From Tubiluchus corallicola (taxonomy: Eukaryota; Animalia; Priapulida), in assembly GCA_030141605.1 (NCBI GenBank), contig JAQGDQ010000218.1:124001-188000 (forward strand): a stretch of 64,000 nucleotides of DNA. Direction: 5' to 3'. Below the pieces are notes generated by a model. The model searched no databases. It was given only the letters and a program-made list of their open reading frames with translations, and was not told the origin of the DNA. A program made the position numbers and the translations under genes. Positions 29,101 through 64,000 of this stretch are shown here, one piece after another. Positions within the stretch are counted from its first letter, which is position 1. Every line of letters starts with the position of its first letter.

Positions 29101-31764
29101 TTTGTCACTGCTATTGCTAATTTTGTGGTGTTGTTACCCATTTTTCTTGTCATCATTAATGGTAAATGCTAATTTTAGGTTCATCAACAGCGCCATCTAC
29201 TATGCTTTAACACTCAACACTACTGACCTTGGTGGCGACCTATACATGAATTTTTTCTTGTCCGGTATAGTGGAAATTTTTGGATATGGTGCAGCCATGT
29301 TTTCCATGGAGTGGATAGACAGGAAGAAGCCCATTATAACTTTCATGATTGTGGGAGGAATTTCCTGTTTGCTCATTCCATTTCTTGTCAAAGGTAGGCC
29401 TGTCTACATCTATGCCATGAGTTTTGTTTACCCAAGAGAGAGGTAGGCATGTAGTTTGTAGCTTCAAAGCAGTTGCCGATATATTTTTTGTTTCTTGATT
29501 CCGAAAAAATTATAGAACTCAGTTGGACCGCTTTCTCGCGTTAGACTAATTAATTCTAAGCTATGAAAATTTGGATGGCAAGTGACAATTATAGATTTTT
29601 TATTAGCTGTGCTAAAATTAGAATAACCTATACCTATATGTGCGACTGTCTCATTGAACAATAATGTCTGAACAAGAGTGAACGTAGACTAGCAAACTCC
29701 ACACAGGCCTACTAAAATAAGCATAATCATAACGCCTGTAATTCAGATAATTCTACGTCTTGTACAAGAGAAGCATTTAGGATCTAACGGTGTACAAAGT
29801 AGCACTGCTGTAGGGTACATACACTAAAACAACGTTACGTGTCGTGTGCAAAGAATATCATCTTCCAATACGATATCTTACACTAGTTCAAACTGTATTT
29901 CTTCAAAAAGTTATAATATTCAGGAAGTTTGTTATTTTTTCGAAGATATCTTTGTATTCGTTAAAAAAGGACTCTTTAATTTTTCAGTAAATACTCCCGC
30001 TGCCATTACAGTTGGTATGATTGGAAAGCTATCCATCTCTGCTTCCTTTGGCGCCATCTATGTGTACACAGGGGAGTTGTATCCCAGTTTATTCCGCAAT
30101 ACTGGTTTAGGATCATGTGTTATGTCTGCCAGATTTGGAGGGCTTGTTGCTCCGTTTATAATGCTAACGGTATGCATTGCAGAAAAATAATAATACAAAA
30201 ATGCAAAGCTAGTTATACGCAAAAAATATTGACAGCTTTTCTACACACGAAATTATAAAAGAGAACGAAACCGACTTGTGATATCTTTTTCCTTCCCGTT
30301 AGATGTAAATAAACAAGAAGAGCATGTCGATTTGCGGCGCTGCAGTATTGAATTATACTGTTTGCCAAATCATGAACATGATGTGATTTCTTCAGAGATC
30401 ATCTAAATCATGAATATGACGTGATTTCTGTGATTTCTTCAGAGATCATTTAAATCACGAGTATGATGTGATGTCTGTGATTTTTTCAGAGATCATCTAA
30501 ATCATGAATATGACGTGATTTCTGTGATTTCTTCAGAGATCATCTGTCAGTTTAACTGCGGTCTTTGGGCGAGTGTTAACTTCTTAGTTTCGACACGTCT
30601 TAACAAGATAATAATAACGAATATATTAATGTTGAAAAATGACAATTCCTTTTTTTCACTATATCAGTCCAAATCAACTCTATATAATGTTTGATATCAC
30701 AAATACATTGTAAAACGCAATAAGACTATAAAATTATTGCTAGCCGATGAAAAATGTGAAGAATGTAGCTCGCCATACAACTACCGCTAAAATCATAGTA
30801 AAATGAGCAAAAATTCGAAATCTGCCACCTAAAAACTGGGAAGCTGTTGGTGATCCGCAAGAAGAAGAGAAGTCCAGTCACTCATAAATTCATCGCCAAA
30901 ATGTGCTACCAAATTTTTCTGTTGTATATGCATTTGTGAAAATGACTTTTTGATGACCTTTCACCTTTAACGTCCAATACTGTTCACAGTGTTCAGCCTA
31001 AATTCTTTTCAGGGACAGGTGAAATCTTACATCCCTTACGTGATATTCTGCGGTATTTCTTGTACAGCTGCTCTTTTGCTAATTATAATACCGGAAACAA
31101 AAGGCAAGGATTTACCGGATACTTTGCTGGAGAGTGAACAGTTGGTGAAAACGTAAGAATGACAGATTTCTCTTTTTGTGTAACTGCATATCGTTAATAA
31201 CATTTTCTGCAAACTTGCTCATATATCACTAAGAATCTTGCAACTCCTCGATGCTGCCTTAGAACCTTCAAGCGCTTCTTTGCGTTCTACTTTTTTTGTA
31301 ATATGTCGTCTGCTATTTTCTTTTAACAAACATCTACTGCTAATGTTGAGTAACCACAAAAGCCCTTCAGTGTTTAAGTTTATATTGCCTGGTTTGTAAC
31401 TCTTGAAGTGTATTGTGATCAGTATGTTTTCGGCGTAATATTTCATAGATCTTAAACATACAGGCAGTATAAGATTATTTTAATGCAACTAATACATACT
31501 CCAGACAGACAGAGATACGCCTGCATATGTTGTACAAATATAGATATGCATCTAATAAATACAACAAGTCACATTTCGCATTTTATAGTTGTTGATAATT
31601 ATTCTAAACGTATTATACGTACACTGCATTGCAAAAAATAGCTTTATAGTTAAGAAATTTCGTCATGTTCTTTACTTACGTATATCTCTTTTGTTTTATA
31701 CAGAAAATCCAAATCGGAGACCAGCAAAGCTATAGCAAACGACAAGCCGGAGATAAAAGCCTAA
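22971..31764 (+). CDS. SLC22-family organic ion transporter (Orct/OAT/OCTN-like, MFS), 11 coding exons, 531 aa
   Basis: join(22971..23113,23440..23638,24163..24266,24366..24520,24711..24879,27814..27934,28361..28467,29179..29393,29988..30169,31013..31152,31704..31764) = 1596 nt, all GT-AG, in frame. Motifs: LKYLGDFGSFQ, four-Cys first loop ending STVSEWSLVCD, SDKFGRK, AESVRWL, YTGELYP, SARFGG, PETKG. Confidence 0.93.
23440..23638 (+). CDS. SLC22 exon 2 (large extracellular loop)
   Basis: ttccacag|G; CFIPAIDG...PCEKWHFNTFIRTSTVSE; donor gtaatg. Confidence 0.9.
24163..24266 (+). CDS. SLC22 exon 3
   Basis: WSLVCDRSFLRALARSVFMAGVMTGAIVFGAFSD; donor gttagt. Confidence 0.93.
24366..24520 (+). CDS. 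SLC22 exon 4
   Basis: FGRKKVFVISC...FRFLIG...AFIL; donor gtaag. Confidence 0.93.
24711..24879 (+). CDS. SLC22 exon 5
   Basis: LELVGRSRRNIVG...AYFLPSWRQLQL; donor gtacgc. Confidence 0.92.
25301..27655. mobile_element. Foldback-like element with 16-bp (TTTTCGCCAGTCTAC)-type subterminal repeats, containing a nested long-TIR element
   Basis: About 15 copies at 25310-25556. Reverse-complement copies agactggcgaaaaagtagagtggcagaaagataattagcgaa at 27600-27642. Confidence 0.7.
25684..27594. mobile_element. Non-autonomous DNA transposon with ~500-bp terminal inverted repeats
   Basis: ccaaaatcgcgagtccagttttg / caaaactggactcgcgattttgg and tgtttagtttccgagatacgcatctttttggaa / ttccaaaaagatgcgtatctcggaaactaaaca. 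Arms about 25687-26200 and 27088-27594. Four 20-bp tandem units at 26991-27070. Confidence 0.85.
27814..27934 (+). CDS. SLC22 exon 6
   Basis: FVAESVRWLLASQQHEKAKVIIQQAAKVNG; donor gtaact. Confidence 0.92.
28361..28467 (+). CDS. SLC22 exon 7
   Basis: AAQEAYSMKETASISIADILRSKTLRLLTLNLFYA; donor gtatgt. Confidence 0.9.
29179..29393 (+). CDS. SLC22 exon 8
   Basis: FINSAIYYALTLNTTDLGGDLYMNFFLSGIVEIFG...DRKK; donor gtaggc. Confidence 0.93.
29988..30169 (+). CDS. SLC22 exon 9
   Basis: IGKLSISASFGAIYVYTGELYPSLFRNTGLGSCVMSARFGGLVAPF; donor gtatgc. Confidence 0.93.
30367..30545. repeat. 47-bp minisatellite, 4 copies (first lacks 9 bp)
   Basis: aaatcatgaatatgacgtgatttctgtgatttcttcagagatcatct repeated. 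Confidence 0.93.
31013..31152 (+). CDS. SLC22 exon 10
   Basis: IPYVIFCGISC...IPETKGKDLPDTL; donor gtaag. Confidence 0.92.
31704..31764 (+). CDS. SLC22 exon 11 (terminal)
   Basis: tttatacag|A; KSKSETSKAIANDKPEIKA then TAA; phase matches exon 10. Confidence 0.75.
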
Positions 31765-34649
31765 TAAGATCTGCTGTCTGAAAAGTAATGTCATTATTAT
31801 TTAGTGTCCAAATCCCAGAGTTAAGTAACATTAAAGATAAAGTTTGTGGCTGGCAATGGATGACATGACTAACTGCGCCAGAAAAAATGAATCGGAGGCT
31901 TGAGGCATTTTCGCAGTTTTTCGAGCAACTAGTTCTATGACAGATTCCAGTTGTTTTTCTTTAAAACAGTAAATTTTGGTTTGTTATGTTCTTTTTTTAT
32001 GGAAATACAATTTTAAACGTAACATTTTTTAAAAAGTTCAGGAAAAGTATTACAACAAAGTATTTTCTTGTGTATGAAATATGTGTAGACCATATTCATT
32101 GTTATTCTGTTAAATTTTTATGCATTTGTCTTGTATTTTTGTTTTATTAAAGAATATACAGGTAATAATATTTTTCTGGGAGACCTTGTATTTTATCGAC
32201 ACACTCTCGTGATATTTGCAAACTATATCTAAACATGATAAATGTACTTGTAAACACAGGTTCTTTGGGTTAAAGAAAACTGTCTTGGTTTCGCTAATGT
32301 AATTCGTAAATTCTTTTGTATGCACTTGTGGCAGTTGTTACGTTGATAGAACGAAAGACACCAACTACCAGGTACAAGAAAATTTTTATTTTCTGCTGAA
32401 CTCTAGAAAACTGTGACGAAACCAACACGTATCACAACTTTGAAGTTGTGGATTCTACCATTGCGAGAATTACACTAGGATGCCGAGGGCATACCTATTT
32501 CACAAACACTTTAAAGCTGCTCTTGAATATCATTAATTAAACGCTTTGAATATTTTCTGTCGTTTCAATAATATATGATTAGTGTTAAGTACATTAATTA
32601 AAGATGACAAATCTCAAGAGAGCTCTTTCATGTTACGTCATTATTACAATTGTTACCTATTCTTACAGGCTACTAGTTTCAGAACGTCACATGTGAGAAG
32701 AAGTACAACGCGATTCCTATTATGTAATGCTCTTTCATTGCCTGTTTTTATTAAGAATTATCAGGGCAACATTACCCATTTTTACAGCTGCTATTCAAAT
32801 TAACTTTAGTTATTGATGTTTAAGCAACTAAGAAATGAATGATAAACCCAATAACGCATTGTCGATTTTCCCAGCTTATTATTAGTTTCCCTAAGGGAAT
32901 TATTAATTATGACAAAGATTTAGAAATTAGAAAATTGGTTTTAGAAAATGAAAACGTAAAGAAGAAAAAGTACGCCAGTAGCAACAGCAGTTAATTTCTA
33001 CAGTTTGACAAATTTCTGTATGAATTATGATCATGGCTTATTAACAGATTATTAGCGTTTGTACTTTGCTCTCTCTTACGATAGTCCACTCACATCAATC
33101 TAAGCAGTGCCGTGAGTCGTGGGGCGTACTTTGCGGGTACGCATATCATAACGTTCATGTGTGCTTCATGGCTTTATTATTGTTGCAAACACTGATCAAA
33201 TATATTCTGACAAACCAGTTTCATGTTGTAGTCTCGTTTTAGTCCCAAATTTTGTTTTTTTCTGGCTTTTCCAATTTTTGTTCTAATTCTGGATTGACGA
33301 AAGAGAAAGTATTGCCTCCTAAGAATGACGTTGGCGCTTGTTTGCTTAGCTTTATTATACATGCGCACGCCGACTGAAATTTGCAGATAACATAATTATT
33401 ATGTAGGACTGTGTATTTTAAAACAGACCTACTTGCTTTATTAAGTCGTGAATCTTAACATTGCGCTTATACTGACATAAAAACTGCTGTTGAGATTTGT
33501 TTTCTAAATTTAAATAGATTATTTGAGAAACCTTAACGTAATGCTATGAAAGAAACAAAGTGATCATAATTATGGGTGATTAGAACATGTTGATGGCCTA
33601 AAATTGGAATCTTACTCGAGCATTCGCAACTGATAGTTGGACCTATTATATAAGGTAAATAGACATGATAGTGACCAACTGGTCTAAGATGTAATTTGGA
33701 ATGTTTCATTGGTTTGTGTAGCGCAAAATTCTACTTTATGCCTTGCTGATATTTAGACAGCTCTGCATGCCAGAAAAATGAAACACGATCTGCAAGAGTT
33801 CTCAACTTTTTTAGATTTGTAACCAACCTTTTTTGTTCTACAAATTTCCCCAGAGGCATGCCCTCTGATAATGTGGAGTATACCATAATAATTGTTTATA
33901 AGCAAATTTTTTATTTGTTCATATTCTAATGCCCTATTATAAGGTAAACAGACTAAAAAATTTATTTGTATCCCAGATTTGTGCATATACTGAAAGTTAC
34001 AAAGTATGTATAGAAGTGATAATTAAGCATTGGAGAAAATTTACTTTGGCTAAATGCATGATCATTACAATCATACATTGGCTAAATGCGTGATACTTTG
34101 TAAGCTTTCAAATGAATTTATAAAGCAGACTAAATTTCCGCGGCGGAATCTTTTTGGTCTCGCTGATATATCTCTGCACTAATTGAAATATCAGAACATT
34201 TTGACCATGGCTTAGTTGTGGATTACCAGGTATTTTATCCTGTAAATTGAGATCATTAGAATTAACAGTTACAGTTACATATAAATAAATTATAAACTTT
34301 TTGATAAAGATTGATGCAGTATACAAATGGCAATCGAGCAGATAATAGTTAACCTTTTCAGTATGATATTCACACAAAAATGTTACTAATAGTATTCCCG
34401 GTAGTGTCCTTACAACCACGGCTGCGTAGATGATAATTAAGTTGCGAAAAACCAATTCTTAATCTAGTGTGATGGATTGCTTTGGAGAATTTCCACTTGA
34501 CGCAAAGAAAAATAATCTACATTTCTTAATGAAATATAGAAATAGAATTAATAATGAAAGAGACAAATATCTCTATTTCGAACAATTAGGTAAATGAGGT
34601 AACAATTCATACAAAAATAAAGCTGATATTCAATTAACAATTTTATAAA

Positions 34650-35450
34650 ACATGTTTCTATCATTGCTATCTATACATAATTGGCGCATTCAAGAATAGA
34701 TATAACGACTGCTTTGTAAAGATGCTCAAGTACAGGACGCGGAATATAACAAGAGATTTTCTTTAAAACATCAACACGCAATTCAGCTTTCTCAGCATTG
34801 ACTTTAACATGTGTATCCCATTTTAAATTCGATTGCAAGTACTTATATATTATGAGTGTTTACCCAATCTAGTTGTCTATTATTAAGATACAAATTAGTA
34901 TAAGCGGGCAAATTATATTTATTGCTTAAATAACATGACTTTGGATTTGGTACATTAAATGTAACATTCTATTGAAAAGCCCCCTGTTCCGATAGATCTT
35001 CAGTGACTGTTTGACTTGTTCTTGTACAGCTTCGAGTAAAGTAATATCGTCTGCAAAGAGCCGAATATCACTTTGGATCTATCATATTAAATCGTCAATA
35101 AATACTAAGAGTAAAATTGGTCATAATATCGAGCCGTCTGGTACACCTGCATTAATAGGACCAAATTCAGATGATTTGCCATTGATTATAACTCTTTGCT
35201 GACGGCCTAGTTTAATTCAAAAATCTACACCTTATGCCAAAATCATCAAAAACCTTGGAAATATCTAGAAAGGTAGCTAAAGCATTCCTACTCTTATCTA
35301 AACTAGTTTTCTGAGTAATAGATAAAAGCAGATAAACAGTACCGTCGTTTGATTTAAAGCCAGAGAATTTACCAGTTAATAAACTATTATCTACAAGTAA
35401 ATAATTGTACAAGTATTTGTAAAATACTTTTCCAAAGAGTTTTGGTGTGC
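34650..35450 (-). mobile_element. Decayed CR1-type LINE reverse transcriptase fragment
   Basis: Minus strand: NSLLTGKFSGFK, FLDISKVFD, RQRVIING, AGVPDGSIL, FIDDL, IRLFADD, with stops and frameshifts. Confidence 0.85.
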
Positions 35451-36928
35451 AGGGTTGTGCAGGATTGGGTTAATTAAACTTTCATTAATTTTTAGTAATG
35501 ATAACTTTTCCTCGCCATAGAAGATCAGACGTCAGACCACAATAAAGCGATAAAATCGGCAAATAAGACAAGTAAGCCATATGCGATAAATTTTATTTAC
35601 TTTTGTGGGAAGTCTGTATAAAATACAATATAGTAGCTGACCAGCGATGATTTATTATCTTTTGTGTGGGCAGACGTTTAATAACTGGAGTTGATTTCAA
35701 ACTCACCTTTCACCTTTTTTGACTCAAGGTCCTTTGTCATGAGGTCCGGCCCGACTGATCCAGCTGACACGGATACGTTGATACGACTGAAACCAGATCA
35801 CTTGAACCCGGTCACCTAAGTGACCCGGTTTGATAAAAATTTGGCACAATTTCGTACAACATATTTGCAAAGAAAAATGAACACTCCAATAACATGCGAT
35901 TAAGCGGTTTGTGCATTTGTCCGCATGTCTGCTTCTTACTTGTTTTTTATTTCATTGATTTTTATTTGTTGTGTGGTTGGTTAGTCAGCTAATGCTTTAA
36001 CATTCTATAACAAAGCTACGAGAACGTTCTATAACTTGTTTAAAAGCACAAAATGTCCAATAGTCAGCAAATAAATTTTAGGTAATTCATATTCTTTCTT
36101 AAATTATAATCGATTTCATTAATTATGATAATCGGCAACATATCGCTGCACAACAATATATTTTTCTTCATCATTATCATCACCATCATCACTATTACAG
36201 CATTTGTCTATTTATTTTTAGTTATACCATATTAGTTACATGTTTTAACTAACTGTACATGTAGGCCTAAAGTTAGTGTGGTGATAGGTATAAATTGCGA
36301 AATTCTGACTGATATTCAATGTTTATTTTTAAAACCTTGCAAACAATTTGCAGAAAAAAATGACGCGGAAAAAAGTGACACGGTTTATTACACACGGTCC
36401 CGACTCTGCCCTTTTTATTTACCCGTATGGATCACTGCAATTATGTAACAAGTTAGAGACTTGAGACTTGAGACAAATTAGGGCCGATATTCGCCATAAC
36501 CTTATTAAACAAAAATTGTAGAAGACTACCTCAACACATTATTATTTTAACAGGTGCTGATTGTAACACCTACATATGTGTCACGTAATCAAAATGTAAA
36601 AGATAAAACCTTGCTTCAAGGCGTTAGTTAAACTGACTTTGACTTAATTATGACTGGATAGCTGTGCTGGGCGAGTGGGTACTGGGCGCTTAACGGTTGT
36701 TGCTATTAAACTACGAACAGAGCAAGAAAGAAAAACATCATTGATAAAACGTAGTTATTGTTCTTTTGATTGAATAGACGCGGGTTCTGGAAATTTGTCA
36801 CATCCTTTGCAAAAACGTTGAAGAGAGGATGGGTGTACATTTAAGCCTACCGCAAATTTTCATTTCTTTTCAGACTTTGCCCCATCTTGTTTTTTCATAA
36901 TAATAATTCATAAATCAATTTACCCTTA

Positions 36929-36975
36929 GCTGAGTCAATGTGAAATCTGCAGCACGCCTTTGAACTTTGCACGCC
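36929..36975. promoter_or_regulatory. Candidate xenobiotic-response motif cluster upstream of ABCB coding exon 1
   Basis: GCTGAGTCA (ARE/AP-1, reverse), CACGC twice (XRE core), TGAACTTTG (HNF4/NR-type site). Motif match only. Confidence 0.3.
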
Positions 36976-37633
36976 GATTTTAATTAAGGCAAATATACAA
37001 CTCCCATGTGGATGACGAACCATAAAAAATGTTTGTATTGTAGACCTAATTTGAGTTTTATCCACGTCATATAAATCAGCTATAAAGTTTAGTAGGTTAA
37101 GGATAATGTTTATGATGCCATAATTAATGTGTCTGAGTGGTTCTCAGCTCATGCCGTTTTAGAGATTTATAATAATTTGGTTTGCTTACAATAAATACAA
37201 TTGCATGATAAGCCTTGCACTATTTTTTTTATTTCTGTTTATATTATCTTTTTGAACACATTTTTTTCGAATAAATTTAACTACAAACAAAAAAGATACA
37301 GCCTGTTTTTATGTGAATGTAACAAATTGTGTAGGCTAACCATGTGATAATAGTGGCTACTACTTACTGCTAGACACGTATTTTTGGGTAAGACCTAAGT
37401 AATAAGGTCGACTTCTTTGAACAAGTTTTATTCAATTAACCTACACGTATAGTAGGTTAATGCTGTTTTCAATTTCATATTATTAAACTCCAGTAAAGGC
37501 CCTTCAGTAAAGTCTAATCTACATCTTTTTACTTGTCTCATTTTCAACGTCTTTTAATTTTTTAGCTTTTTATTTATTCAGGCGATTAAATCGACCAGCA
37601 AAAGGGAAAGTAATAAGTCGTAATAAACATACA

Positions 37634-62717
<25,084 letters not shown>

Positions 62718-64000
62718 CGGAACAGCAATTATTGTTGGCATCATAAACAAGCGAATTTTTACTTAAATCTATTTATTAGATCTTATATCTACGGACCTAA
62801 ATCATACCTTTGAAAAACAATCTATGACACCTTATCTGTAGGCTGCTACAAAAGGTGCTCGTTTCAGGGACGCAGCATCCTTTTCGTATAAGCACGTAAA
62901 CATAGCACCTACAAAAGGGGTACCTAGAACAAATTGCAAAAAAAAAATTTTTTTAGATTATGTTGGAACATATTTTCAGCTACCCTCAACAAAAAATACA
63001 TCCAATATACATACAACAACAACGCATACATCCAAGATGGCGCATACTGAGGCCAAAAATCCATTATACCTCCTAAACCATGAAGTCTAGACGAAAAATA
63101 TGCATTATCGACAGATCGGAAAGGAAAGTGCACTCCAGGATTCCAAAAATGGTAAAGTTTTTAATACATGACGTCATGATGACATCACAGTACTATTATG
63201 CAATTAAAATATTACTATCATTAATAAAATTCCGACACCATCACAATAATGTTACCATCACTATATTCCAATGGCCAACTCGAATAAGTATAGGAGTCAC
63301 TATATGCTCCGTTCACATGTATAATCACTGACAGGTACTTTAAGCATGATTATGTAATCACATGGCATTCTTTATTTTTTTCATTTTTGCACGAAAACGA
63401 GATTTTTTGCCAACAGCACCAGCATGGACATCTGAAAGAGGGTAACAAAGAGAATTTTCAGATAAAAAATGAAAGTAAGACCTGCTTAATATCACCAAAC
63501 TTGGATGAGTGATAACAGATAGACTCGACACTGGAAATGCTTTGAAAAATCGATTAGTTTATTACATGTGTACCTTTATTATTAGGCTTAATAGACACTT
63601 TGATCATGATTATGGGCAGATTTTGATCAAATGGCCGCTTTTTCTATTTAAACTTATGTCAAAAATCTCGGCTAAAAGGTTTAGCTTAGGGTACCTGAGA
63701 GGCACCCAGCTCGAGTTATAATGATTGGACAGACATATTGATTCCTTTTAACTTAATACTTAATTCCGAATAAAAGTAAACAGCTATAGAGATGATTTTA
63801 AAGCCTTAAATGGTTTGAGAGGCGTTCATTTTTATTTAAAATCAGACTATTTGTTAAATCATCGGCATTGTTTTTTTCAATATCTTTTTCTTTTACTTCT
63901 GACTTCCATCTAACTCGAAAGTACGCCACGCTGTTAGCACACAATTATTAAACGTTTTTTCTGTCTCTCTTTTTGATATCGGACTATTTTGTCGGACGCA

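Noticed and set aside
30367-30545. CRISPR-like look of regular repeats
   Set aside because: Head-to-tail 47-bp units with no unique spacers, inside a eukaryotic intron.

Overview
AT-rich, intron-rich animal (invertebrate-like) genomic DNA, not prokaryotic. Two complete spliced genes on the + strand were assembled by hand; every intron is GT..AG and the reading phase is consistent throughout. (1) An 11-exon SLC22-family (Orct/OAT/OCTN-like) MFS transporter at 22971-31764, 531 aa. (2) About 5.9 kb downstream, a 28-exon full-length ABCB1/P-glycoprotein-like ABC exporter at 37634-62717, 1424 aa. The ABCB protein is unusual. Its first extracellular loop is about 200 aa rather than about 40, and includes a symmetric 321-nt exon with Thr/Pro pentapeptide repeats. 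It also has an in-frame partial duplicate of the TM6 exon in the next intron and ends in a CFTR-like PDZ motif (DTRM). The first 22 kb and the introns hold decayed LINEs, MITE/foldback-like inverted-repeat elements, Helentron-like elements, an LTR-like repeat and microsatellites. No rRNA, tRNA gene or CRISPR array is supported. Comparisons to human proteins and exon sizes are from memory and need checking.
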